A DNA stretch of 64,000 nt from Eledone cirrhosa (taxonomy: Eukaryota): positions 337,404,001 to 337,468,000 of the forward strand of contig OZ024740.1 of assembly GCA_964016885.1 (NCBI GenBank), read 5' to 3'. Under the pieces are notes generated by a model, which was not told where the DNA came from, made no database searches, and worked only from the letters and a program-made list of their open reading frames with translations. Below, in pieces: positions 13,160-26,860 of this stretch; within the stretch, counting starts at the first letter, position 1; each line of letters starts with the position of its first letter. The translations under genes and the position numbers were made by a program.

Positions 13160-14410
13160 TACATTCTGGTTCTTTACATTCTGAGTCCCAGTCTCCCTAA
13201 AATCAACTTTGCCTTTCATTCTTCTGACAAAATAAAATACCAGCCAAATACTGGGGTCGATAAATTGTTAGTTGACCATGTGCCTAAATTAGAAATCTTT
13301 ATTATTATTATTTGGGGGTCAATAAAATAAAGTACCAGTAATGTATTGGGGTTGATTTAATCAACTTTTCTCTCCCTCCAAATTGTTGGCCTTGTGCCTA
13401 AATCAGAAATCATTATTATTATTGGCAGTGGCGGTGGATTGGCAGTATCGGTAGAGAGTCGGACACCATGCTTTGGTCCCTTTATGATCTGAGTTCAAAT
13501 CCCGCCGTGGTTAACTTTGCCTTTCATCCTTACGGGGTCGATAAAATAAAGTACCAGTAATGCACTGGGTAATTGCTGGTCTTGTGCCAAAAAGTAGAAA
13601 CGATTATTATTATTAATATTAATGGTAAGAGGGCAGTGGATTGGCAGTACCAATAGAGGGTCGGACACCATGCTTTCGCAGCATAGAGTTACGGCCCTTT
13701 ATGATCTGAGTTCAAAACCCGCCGAGGTTAACTTTGTCTTTCATCCTTACGGGGTCAATAAAATGAAGTACCAGTCACACACTGGGGTCAATTTAATTGA
13801 CTTTTCCCTCCCCCCAAAATTGCTGGCCTTGTGCCTTTATAAGAAACCATTATTATTGGTAAGGGCAGTGAATTGGCAGTATCGGTAGAGGGTTGGACGC
13901 CATGTTTTCTAGCATAGTTACATCCCTTTACAGTCTGAGTTCAAATCCCGCCGAGGTTAACTTTGCCTTTCATCCATATGGGGTCGATAAAATAAAGTAC
14001 CAGTAATGTACTGGGTAATTGCTGGCTTTGTGCCTAAAGTAGAAACAATTATTATTGGTAAGAGGGCTGTGGATTGGCAGTATTGGTAGAGCGTTGGACA
14101 ACATGCTTTGTGGCATAGAGTTACAGCTCTTTACGTTCTGAGTTCAAATCCTGCTGAGGTTAGCTTTGTCTTTCATCCTTATAGGGTCGATAAAATAAAG
14201 TACCAGTCATACCCTAGGGTTGATTTAATCAACTTGCTCCTTCCTCAAAATGCTGGCCTTGTGCCTAAATCAGAAACCTTTATTATTGATTGTCTTTCAT
14301 CTTTCTGTGGTCAATAAATTAAAGTTCCAGCCAAGTACTGGGGTTGACATAACTGTCTGTCCCGACCCACCCCTCAGATTTCTTTACCTGTGCTTATGTA
14401 ATAAATGATT
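13160..14410 (+). mobile_element. Head-to-tail array of family A SINEs (4 full copies near 13430, 13631, 13863, 14063 plus partials)
   Basis: Repeated TGGCAGTATCGG A box, GAGTTCAAATCC B box and core, separated by (ATT)n tails. Confidence 0.88.
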
Positions 14411-14539
14411 ATGTTTGTTGTTGCTGTTATAGTTGTTGTTGCTGTTGTTATAGTTGTTGTTGTTGTTATAGTTGTTGTTATAGTTGTTGTTGTTGTTGTT
14501 GTTATTGTTGTTAATATTTAAAATGAAACTTTGTTTCAG

Positions 14540-14746
14540 TCGGATACATCAAAGTGGGCTGATACCAACCTGAAGTATATTGAGAGCAAAGTAGACAAAG
14601 ACAAAGTGATACCGGAATGTGAGAATCTGTGTGAACTTTTCAACAAAGTCATAGGTCATTGTACACCAGTTGGAACAATCACTACTTTCCTCAAGACATT
14701 TGGCATTGATTATTACAGCCATGTCTCACTAACTATTGACAGTCAT
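14540..14746 (+). CDS. Internal exon of a Munc13-4/BAIAP3-like (MUN domain) gene
   Basis: tttcag|TCG...CAT|gtaaga; 207 nt, phase 0-0, open: SDTSKWADTNLKYIESK...FGIDYYSHVSLTIDSH; in frame with the next exon. Confidence 0.85.
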
Positions 14747-14842
14747 GTAAGAAACAATTTAAAATATTAAATACATAATTTATTCAACCTTTTATCTACC
14801 ATCTCAGTTCCTAATAATAATAATGATAATGATGATAATAAT

Positions 14843-15060
14843 GGTTTCTTATATAGGCACAAGGCCAGCAATTTGGGGGGGAGGAGAAAGTCGATTAAAT
14901 CGACCCCAGTGCATTACTGATGCTTTATTTTATTGACCCCGTAAGGACAAAAGGCAAAGCTAACCTCAGCGGGATTTGAACTCAGAATGTAAAGGGCCGT
15001 TACTCTATGCTGCAAAGCATGGTGTCCAACGCTCTACTGATAGTGCCAATCCACTGCCTG
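14843..15060 (-). mobile_element. SINE family A copy (long variant), inverted relative to the upstream array
   Basis: Full reverse complement of family A. Confidence 0.85.
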
Positions 15061-15077
15061 CCATAGTAATGATGATG

Positions 15078-15119
<42 letters not shown>

Positions 15120-15218
15120 TATATGAAGAAAATAGGGAAACTATCCAAATAGATCTAGAGATAGAAATAACCTGAATGTGGATGATGAAGACAGAAACAA
15201 TCCCTATAATAATAGTAA

Positions 15219-15330
15219 TAATTGTTTCTACTTTTGGCACAAGGCCAGCAATTATCCCAGTACATTACTGGTACTTTATTTTATCAAACCTGTGAGGATG
15301 AAAGGCAAAGTTAACCTCGGTGAGATTTGA
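15219..15330 (-). mobile_element. SINE family A 3' half
   Basis: Reverse complement of the short-variant core. Confidence 0.75.
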
Positions 15331-15994
15331 ATAAACAACCCTTTTTATTGTCCACAAGGGCGAATACATGGAATACAAAACATGTCATACAAAAGGCTTA
15401 CAAAAATCAAACATATAGGAAGCACTTATATATGATAAATAGTTGGGAAAACAAAGATTTGATACACTATGTTAAAACAGGCTAAACATTTATAGGTACA
15501 ACTATGGCTGTTAAACAGTATATGTGGTTAAGAAGTTCACTTTCGACTATATAGTTTCATGTTCAGTTTGACTGAACCCCAGTTGAGTGAAATTTGGTTG
15601 ACAGAAATTGTGCAGATTGTTGTTGTTTAACCCTAGGCCAAATCTATAATCAAAAGTTAATCTTTGATCAAAAGCATTCTGACCATGATTACCTCATCTT
15701 TTTAGGAATATCTAGGACTACATTGTCTAATGTAATCTCTTTTTTTTTTTAGTAAACATGGTATAATGTGATTTGAGGGAGATTTGACAGCTATTTCTAG
15801 CAAGCCAAGTGACTATATAGAAGCTCCCTTGCTGGTTTAGTGTATGATTGTTTATATTGGCCACTGCTGTTGTAGATAATGAGAATGGTGATGATGACAA
15901 TGAAAATGATTAGGATGATAAGGATGAGAATAAGGTTGATGTTGAAAGGGTTAATGATGGTGATGATGATGATGATATAAAATATGTTGTTGTT

Positions 15995-16250
15995 GGACCT
16001 CTCATGAAATTAATGTGCAAGTACCTGAGCATTCCAAAGACACATGCTTTCTTAATATAGTTCTCAAGGTGATTCAGCATGAGACAGTATGTAACAGGGC
16101 TGACCCTTTGAATTACAGATACAACACATTTTTTTCCAGTTAAGTAAACTGGAGCAATGTGAAATAAAGTATCTTGCCCAAGGGAACAATGCATCACTGG
16201 GAATCAAACTCATGACATTACAATTGTGCATACTCTAACCACTAAACTAT
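15995..16250 (-). mobile_element. CORE-like SINE (family B), diverged
   Basis: Reverse complement of CTTGGGCAAGATACTTTATTTCACATTGCTCCAG plus a tRNA-like head. Confidence 0.6.
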
Positions 16251-16363
16251 GTATCTTTATTATGTGAGATATAGACAGACAGATGCTATAATTATTATTT
16301 GATTAATAGTTAAACTAGTGTCACAATCAATCAAGTAATCTCTTCATGTTTCTTTTTCTCCAG

Positions 16364-16524
16364 ATTTCCAAGAAGGCGAAACAACTGATGTTTGAAATGG
16401 ACAAATATCAGAAGAAATATTATAGGATCCCAGCCAATATCATGACAAGTTCTAAAGTATCATTACGTCTCTATATCACTTTACGCAAGTTATGTAACAC
16501 TATGAAAGGCAACTTTAGTCAAAG
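16364..16524 (+). CDS. Internal exon of a Munc13-4/BAIAP3-like gene
   Basis: Polypyrimidine tract ttttctccag|ATT...CAAAG|gtaaag; 161 nt, phase 0-2: ISKKAKQLMFEMDKYQKKYY...SLRLYITLRKLCNTMKGNFSQ. Confidence 0.88.
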
Positions 16525-16691
16525 GTAAAGTTAAATAGTTTTCATAATTGCAGCAATATTTTTTCAAGCGCACATATACACACACACTCCCACGCACACA
16601 CGCACTCACATACACACATGCACAAACACACACTCACATACACACACACTCCACACACACTCACATACATGCACACACGCACACACATATA

Positions 16692-16790
16692 CAGGGTGTC
16701 CCAAAAATGTATACATACTTCAACAGCATTCTAATAACTATTGCCTGTACTGGTAATCAAAGTATGTATACATTTTTGGGGGACACTCTG
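16692..16790. mobile_element. 99-bp Tc1/mariner-type MITE
   Basis: TIRs CAGGGTGTCCCAAAAATGTATACATACTT / AAGTATGTATACATTTTTGGGGGACACTCTG with TA on both sides. Confidence 0.85.
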
Positions 16791-17033
16791 TATATACACA
16801 CACACACACACACACACAGACACACACACATATACACTCACACATAACACACACACATATATACACTCACACACACACACACACACAAACATTTAATTTT
16901 TTTAAAGAAAAAGTTGAAAGTGATTTTGGAGTTTCACCATTGATGCCTTTTCAGACTGTATAAGGAGTTATCAATGCTGGTAGCTAACTGAAACAACCCT
17001 TTGTTAGAATTGTACCATCTCTTTCTCTCTCTC

Positions 17034-17077
<44 letters not shown>

Positions 17078-17845
17078 TCTTTCTCTTATATATATAGAGA
17101 GAGAGAAAGAGAGTAGACATCATCATTTAATGCCTACCTTCCATGCTAATATGGGGTTGTCGTGGTTGGAGTTGATTTTTGTTTGGATGTATCAGAAGAC
17201 CATGTTTTACTCAAATATTCTATTTTTGGCATGGTTTCTATGGGTGGATGCCCTTCCTTATGCAGAGTGTACTGGGTGCATTTGATCATGGCACCAACAC
17301 AATTGAGGTTGTTATATCCTTAACACGACTAAAGACCTCTCCCCATCAACCCTATGTTGTCTTTCACCAACCACTTTACAGAGTGTACTGGGTACATTTT
17401 ATCATGGCACCAACACACCCCTCAAACCTATGTTGTCTTTGCTCATTCACCAACCACTTTACAGAGTTTACTGGGTGTATTTTATCATGGCACCAATGCT
17501 AGAGATGATTTTATGTCCTTTCATGTATCTTTTTGACTCCATGTTGTCTGTTCCATTGCAAATGACTTTGCAGTATGTACTGGGTGTATTTTATCATAGC
17601 ACCATCACTTATGATGTTTTGAATCTTACTACTCAATACAGTCTATGCTCATTTAAGGCAAGAAAGTGAATAGAAGAAAGAGCAATGACAGAGGAATAAG
17701 AGTGAATGGGTGAAAAGAGTTAGAGTATGTTGGAAAAGATATAGGTAACATGACTCATCACTTAACCATAAAAAGGTATAAATAAACTCTTCTTCAGTAT
17801 TGAGTACTCATTTATTCATTTTCATGTCCGTCAATATTACACGCA

Positions 17846-17923
<78 letters not shown>

Positions 17924-18535
17924 TTAAAACAATGAAATAAAAAATCAAGTCATTAGAGATATACTTCACTGCTTTACGATCGTTTCTAGATGATGATAAT
18001 ACATTGTAGCTATACTTCGTTATTGATCTATGTAAGGTTAGTTACAACATATCAGATAAAGAGAATATTTACTTACATGCATATCACCAGCTGTTTTCAA
18101 AAGCAATAATAATTTCTCTGTGTATATATATATATATATATATGAAGGCATTTGGGTTAGTGGAAATAGCATAAAATTATGATTTGTTTCCCAGACCAGG
18201 TAGTACATTGTGTCCTTCAGCAAGACACTTTATTTTACATTGCTCAAGTTCACTCATCTAGCAAAAACGAGATGTACCTGTACTTCAAGGGGCCAGCCTT
18301 GTCACACATTGTGTAATACCGAATCTCACCGAGAACTACATTGAGAGTGCATGTGTCTTTGGAATGCTTAGTCACTTACAAGTTAATTTTATGAGTAGAC
18401 AGTTCTAGTGATTGAATCAACTGATGCATTTGTCACCATAAATGACACACACACACATACATATATGGGTGAGTGTGTTTATATGTTTGTATGTGTTAGT
18501 ATGTCACTATTTTATATATGTATTTCATCTTGTAG

Positions 18536-18662
18536 AGAACAATTCCTGTTAGTAATTGCCAATTATCAAAAATGGTTCCTGGAATCCTTGATCCACTGGC
18601 TGATGACATTCAAAGTAGAATGCCAGAGTAGAATGTCTAAAGCACTGGAGATGGATAAAGAC
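18536..18662 (+). CDS. Internal exon of a Munc13-4/BAIAP3-like gene (MHD1 region)
   Basis: ttgtag|A GAA...GAC|gtaagt; 127 nt, phase 2-0, matching the previous exon: EQFLLVIANYQKWFLESLIHWLMTFKVECQSRMSKALEMDKD (WF...W......R...A.E.D motif of MUN domains). Confidence 0.9.
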
Positions 18663-18726
18663 GTAAGTTATCTCTTGTCTTTAATTTAGTCTGCAATGTA
18701 AGTGGTCTGATGTGTTTAGTTTAATT

Positions 18727-18872
18727 TCATCATCATCATCATAATCCATTATCATCACCACCACCATTATCATCATCATCATCGTAATCCATTATCATCA
18801 CCACCACCATTATCGTCATCATCATCATAATCCATTATCATCACCACCACCATTATCGTCACCATCATCATC
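18727..18872. repeat. (CAT)-derived ~39-bp minisatellite, about 3.5 copies
   Basis: CATCATCATCATAATCCATTATCATCACCACCACCATTAT repeated. Confidence 0.85.
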
Positions 18873-19450
18873 AGGTCAAAGAACCACATCATGCACATAT
18901 GCTCCATATTTTGGTATTGTTTCTATGGTTGAATGCCTTTCCTGATGTCAGCCACTTTACATAGTGTATTGGGTGCAGTTTATTGTGGTAACAACACTAA
19001 AGAAGTTGTCATGTACTTGACAAGACTGAAAAGCCCTCTCCACTCTATATTGTATCTTTTTGGTTGCCTGTGATTTTACAGAGTGTACTGGGTGTAGTTT
19101 ATTGTGGTACCAACACTAAAGGGGTTGTCAAGTCTTCAACAGTGTCAAAGTATCTTCTTTACTCTTCATTAACTTGGTCTGTTCAGTACTACTTGACTGA
19201 GGTTACTAAGTGCATTCTAGTGTAAATTATCTGGTGTGTTTATCTTATGTAAATTACCTGATCTGTTTAACTTAAACTATGATGATATGAATTAATATAT
19301 TATTGAAAATTGCTGGCAGCTAGTTCGATTAATAAATTATTGACTTATTAAGCGGTGTCTCTTCAATACTATAATTCTCATTATCATCATCACTCTCAGT
19401 CATTGTTTCTGTTTACTGTAAAGCAGAGTGGTAAGTTGTTGGTGGTATTG

Positions 19451-19740
19451 GTTGTCTGAGGTGTTTAACTTAAACTTTGATGCTGGTTGTCTGAAGTGTT
19501 TAATTTAAACTGTAATGCTGATTGTCTGATGTGTTTAACTTAATCTGTGATATCAATTGCCTGAAGTGTTTAGCTTAGTCTGTGACATCAATTATCCAAT
19601 GTGTTTAACTTAAACTGTGATGTCAATTGCCTAAAGTGTTTAGCTTAGTCTGTGATGTCAGTTCTCCAATGTGTTTAACTGTGATGTCAGTTGCCTGATA
19701 TGTTTACATTAGTCTGTGATGCCATTTGTGTGATGTCTTT
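19451..19740. repeat. Degenerate ~35-bp tandem repeat, about 8 copies
   Basis: TTGTCTGA.GTGTTTAACTTAAACTGTGATG recurs at ~35-bp spacing. Confidence 0.75.
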
Positions 19741-19937
19741 AACATTCAACTGCTATATGGTACCTAATGTGATTTATGTTAGGTTATTTTATAATATCTG
19801 ATGTGTTTAGTGTTAGTGTTATTCTGTAATATGATATAATATATTAGAGCAAGACTGTTGTATGATAACTAATATGTTTAGTATTAGACTGCTCTATAAT
19901 ATCAAACATGTTTATCATTAGATTGAGATATAAAGAG

Positions 19938-20392
19938 TTTGACCACACTGAACATGTAGAGAGCAATTTATCTTTCAGAATCAAGTAGAGGATATATGGA
20001 TCAGTACTAAATGTAGCTGATGAAGTTTGACACCACATTTTACATGTAGAGAGAGATTTATCTTTCAGAATCAAGTAGAGGAGATGTGGATGAGTACTAA
20101 CTATAGCTGATGAAGTTTGACACCACACTTTACATATAGAGAGAGATTTATCTTTCAGAATCAAGTAGAGGAGATGTGGATCAGTACTAACTATAGCTGA
20201 TGATGTTTGACACCACACTTTACATATAGAGAGAGATTTATCTTTCAGAATCAAGTAGAGGATATATGGATCAGTACTAACTATAGATGATGAAGTTTGA
20301 CACCACACTTTACATATAGAGAGAGATTTATCTTTCAGAATCAAGTTGAGGAGATGTGGATCAGTACTAACTATAGCTGATGAAGTTTGACA
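19938..20392. repeat. 90-bp tandem repeat, 5 copies
   Basis: TTTGACA at 20026, 20116, 20206, 20296, 20386; units are near-identical. Confidence 0.95.
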
Positions 20393-21885
20393 GGAATGAT
20401 GGTTATAAACATCTCAGTGTGTTTCACTTGAGGTGTGTAATGACACTATTATTATTACAGAGTGGTCTTAGAGCTGAAATAATACCAAATAAAATAAAGA
20501 GGTTTTCTGAAATTAGAATCAATAAAAAAGGCTTAAAAAAACTAACAATAAATTTATTAGTCGTAAATATCAAATAATATTTGTTATATATTGACATCAA
20601 TGAAACCAGTAATAAATTAAACAAACATAATAATCATTGAAGATTTCCAATTCTAATACAGCTTTTCATTTTCAATTGCTGTAAACAAAGCTAATTAACA
20701 TATTCTATTTCCTACATGACTATTGCAAATGTCATACTGTATTAGATTTTCAGTGAATAATATCAAGAAAAGGCTACTAGAAAATGTCAATAACAAACAA
20801 AGAAATAAATAATGTTGTAAAAATAATATAAAAATGTAATGATTATGTTTTCAGTTTGATATTTTTTTGTCTTGCTATATCTGCTTGTCTGTGTAAGCAT
20901 GGGGTGGAATGTTTTATAAATATGATTAAAAAATATTGTTGGAGCTTATATTTTGTAGCTGGATAATCTTATCATTAATGAATCATCTATGAGCCTGCAG
21001 ACATATGATCAAACATATTATTGCTATGACTATCCAATTTTTATCTTATTTACATTGTATCTAGGTGTTCATTATACAAAGTGCCATTCCTTTTTAAAGA
21101 TAATATGGTATAATTTTAGGCACTATTTTTAGAAAGTCATACAAACCACATAGGAGACTCCTTACCATGCAGGCTTGTAAAATGGGAGGTAGATGTGGTG
21201 GAAGGGGAAACATCTCGTGTGCAAGGGTAATATGTAATGTCTATATCAGGGTTTAAATTGAAAATGTTTCTCAAAAAGCCCACACCATCCTATTTTAGAA
21301 GTTAGATATTATCATGTGCTTCAGAGTAATGCAACTCATTCTGTATTAACTGAGTTATTTTAAAAGAAAATGGGTGAAATGTGAGAGAACAAAGTTCAGT
21401 GGTTAGTGCTGGTTTCACAATTGTAAGATTGCAGGTTCAATCCATGTACCTCGTAGTGCTTTGTGCTCCTTAGCAAAACTCTTCATATCACTTTGTTCAG
21501 ATACACTCTGTTGAAAATGAGTACCAGTAACATAATGCCACATACAACTTGGAGAAGCTCAAGCCTTCAACCAATCCATTCTTGTATGAAAAAAAAAACA
21601 TGGATGTAAACCTGATGATGATGGGTGGCAAGTGGCTGTAAATTTTAAGTATTTAGAAAATAAATTGGTGGAGAAAGTAGTTTCATTACTGGACTGTCTA
21701 TTTGAACTTTTCTAATTTTGTCTCACAATAAAACTTGTTGGCCAAAACATTTATTTATTTATTTATTTACTTATTTATTTATTTATTTTATATCACATTT
21801 TGTGAACAATAATGTTGTTGAATGTAGGTTTCCAGCTGATTAACCACTGGTTCTCTGCATTGCAATATTGAGAGTAAGAAACGTG

Positions 21886-22125
21886 AAGACATGTGGCTTA
21901 GTGTTTAGAGAATTGGATTCACAATAGTGAGGTTACGAGTTCAATTCCCGGACTGCACGATACATTATGACCTTGAGCAAGACACTTTATTTCACATGCT
22001 CCTTCTGCCAGGATTAGAGATTGGTAGATAATATTAACAATTGGAAAGACCATTGTTTCCTTGGTCCAATTTGATGATCTCCACTCCCAATCGATAAGCA
22101 GATGAGGTCTGGGATCTTGTCAATC
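21886..22125 (+). mobile_element. tRNA-headed CORE-like SINE (same subfamily as 63036-63253)
   Basis: Aligns by eye with the reverse complement of 63036-63253. Confidence 0.7.
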
Positions 22126-22278
22126 AATTCAATAAGTATGCAGGGGGTAGTGAGCTGTATATATTCTAGCTATTAGAAAAAGCAAAATGAATGCTTCATC
22201 TTTGAAAGAGGGATGATGCAAGAAGTTACTTTAATTGACTATTCTAATCTCCCTTTGTTGCTCAATATTATTAATATT

Positions 22279-22505
22279 AGGTGGATTGGCAGTATCGGTA
22301 GAGTGTCGGACAACTTGCTTTGTGACATAGAGTTATGACCCTTTACGTTCTGAGATAAAATCCTGCCGCGGGTAGCTTTGTGTTTCATCCTTATGGAGTC
22401 GATAAAATAAAGTACCAGTCACGCACTGGGGTCGATTTCCTCGACTTTACCCCCCCCCCCCCCTTCAAATTGCTGGCCTTGTGCCTAAAGTAGAAACCAT
22501 TATTA
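22279..22505 (+). mobile_element. SINE family A copy (long variant)
   Basis: A box, core and (ATT)n tail. Confidence 0.85.
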
Positions 22506-23255
22506 TTATTACTATTAGTTTGTGAAAGAAAAAGAGACAGTACTCATAACTTTTGAATGCTACCCACTTCCCCTAAATTGAGAAAATCTGAACAGATGAT
22601 ATTTAGTTTGAAATTCTGTAGCTCTATGTTTGCAGAAAAAACATGAACAGGCATTAAATTATAGAAAGTTTAGCTCTTAGTAAGATAGATATTATTGCAG
22701 AAAAGATATTTTTGATAAAATTTCAATATTTTTTCAAGAAGTATATACTTACACAAAGGAAATAAGCTGATTGTTTGATTGGACAAAAGAAGCCATCTTT
22801 TCATTGCTGATACTATCTGCTGGTTGCCACAACTGGTAAAGGGAGACAGGATTTTAACTTACAATGCACAGAACGAGATAAGAAACTGCGAAGTTTCCTG
22901 TCTACCTCTTTAATAATTCTGTTTATTTATTACTCCTGGACTGGCACTTTATTTATTGACCTTAGAAGGATGACAAGCAAAAATGATGCCAACAGGATTT
23001 GAACTCAAGTACAGGGATTCATAATAAATAATGAGGCATTTAATTTGATGCTTTAGAACTTTGTTAATTCAACACCATATACTTCAAATTGGCTATAATA
23101 GCTGAGAATTTTTGGTGTATTTAATATATTTTAGATGTATTTATTTTTAAAACCTCTTTACAAATTTTTACAGAGTTGTTTTACAGATTGTAATCTCTCA
23201 GAAAAGTCTTAAATTATTTGACGATGTAACTTTCTCTTATATCTTCTACTGGCAG

Positions 23256-23324
23256 ATTGTGTTAGTGACATACATGTTAAAATTTTCCAATTCCTCAGTG
23301 GATGTGCTGTCATGTTTTGCAAGT
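23256..23324 (+). CDS. Internal exon of a Munc13-4/BAIAP3-like gene
   Basis: ctggcag|ATT...AGT|gtaagt; 69 nt, phase 0-0: IVLVTYMLKFSNSSVDVLSCFAS, containing the S.S.VD...CF motif that follows ...ALE.D in Munc13-family proteins. Confidence 0.88.
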
Positions 23325-24045
23325 GTAAGTATGCTGTTACATTCTCTCAATTTTCTCTTATAAAAGTTTCCTTTTAAATATTAATTCTTTGATGTTTTCT
23401 AGAAATATGGTATCACCCGCAAACCACCAATAAAATCGTTTGTCCTTTATATTATCTAACATTCTTTGACTTTCCTTTTAGATTTGGCAAAAGGTTGTGA
23501 TGTAAAGAATTTGGTTTTTGATGCATCCGAAAACATCATTTTTATGAAACTACTAAGTGTTTAGTATTTTATTCCACTAAATATAACCATCTAGGTTTGA
23601 ACACTGTGTTTTGTCTTTACCTAACTATCATTACACATTATCATCTCATGACTATGCTACCATCTGAGTATTATAAATAAAGTTTGAGTGGAATATTGGC
23701 CTAAATAAGAGTTTCTCTAACCTTTTGTACTATTGCCCCCTTTTTTAGAAAACATGGTTCATCCACGTTCCCCACTGTAAAGTTTATAAAAAGTTATACA
23801 GGTAAAATGCCGTTATCACGAATACCATTATAACAAAGTTTTCAATATAATGAAATTTTTTTCAATCCCTGGCCACACACTCGATGTGTTAGGTCGATAT
23901 TATTATAAAGAATTTTTTGTTACAACAAATTTTTTTTAATACCCTGTGAATTTCCTTATACGCTGTATACTGAAAATTGAATTTTAATATGATCTATTTT
24001 TAGAACTGTCAAGCAGGTATGAATTTTATTAAATTTAGTTTATAG

Positions 24046-24225
24046 TTAGAGGCTTCAATCCATGTTTTGACTATGAAGAATAATTTAACAAGTTGAGCAC
24101 ATAAGCTCCTGGAGACTGAAAAAAGTTGATAACAATGCTGTCTACTTCATTCCATCTCCAGGAGTTTATGTGCTGAAATTGTTGAACTATTCTCCATAGT
24201 CAAAAACATGCATTGAAGCTTCTAA
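24046..24225. repeat. Imperfect inverted repeat (~70-bp arms, ~40-bp spacer)
   Basis: 24046-24115 pairs with 24155-24225. Confidence 0.8.
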
Positions 24226-24554
24226 TACATTTTAAAAATTCTATCCAAGTAGTTTTTAATAATTATAAGTGACAGATTTTTCAAGCAATTACAAATATGT
24301 CCTTTTCTTCTCTCATCACTTCTTGTCTTCTAGTCCCTTTCTTGAATCTTCCAATGCAGCCTAATGAGGGTTGATAACACTCGTATTGGATATCATTGGT
24401 TTAAATTAAAGGTGAAGCAGTTAAAGTTGTAATTTAGAATCATGAGTGAAATTCAAGGGTTATAGAGGGAGACATGGAGTTCAGCAGCAGGGCTTGGTAT
24501 GCTGGAGCGTGACTTGGAGTTCTGCTGTGAGTCTTGAAGTTTAGTAGTAAAACA

Positions 24555-24739
24555 TAATTGTTTCTACTTTTGGCACAAGGCCAGCAATTACCCAGTGCAT
24601 TACTGGTACTTTATTTTATCGACCCCGTAAGGATGAAAGGCAAAGTCAACCTTGGCGGGATTTGAACTCAGATCGTAAAGGGACGTAACTATGCTGGAAA
24701 GCATGGCGTCCGACCCTCTACCGATACTGCCAATCCACC
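24555..24739 (-). mobile_element. SINE family A copy (short variant)
   Basis: Reverse complement of family A. Confidence 0.85.
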
Positions 24740-25078
24740 ATAATGTTTTAAAATGAGAACTAGTGTCCTTGAGTGAGATTTGAAGTTCTGAAGTGAAAGT
24801 TGGAGTTCAAATCTGGAGTGGGTTAAAATAAGTAGAGAGCTTTTGAGGGAAGTTTATAGCATAATAGACTATAACACACTTACACCCCCACCACCACACA
24901 CACATCCACACACCCAAGCATACACACACACACACATTTATATAGTCCTGTGCCACACAGATATACATAAACACATAGACATGTATACATAAATATACAC
25001 AAAGATGCACATATATAGAAACATGCCACACATATACACATAAACATATGCACACATGCATAAATACATACAAATAAG

Positions 25079-26860
<1,782 letters not shown>

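Noticed and set aside
12833-13330. 165-aa ORF with poly-V/poly-L
   Set aside because: Translation of the (GTT)n(CTT)n microsatellite running into a SINE.
19938-20392. 90-bp repeat containing CTGATGA and a 166-aa minus-strand ORF; considered as a hammerhead array, CRISPR-like array or repeat protein
   Set aside because: No stem II plus GAAA follows CTGATGA, there are no unique spacers, and the ORF is open only because the unit length is a multiple of 3.
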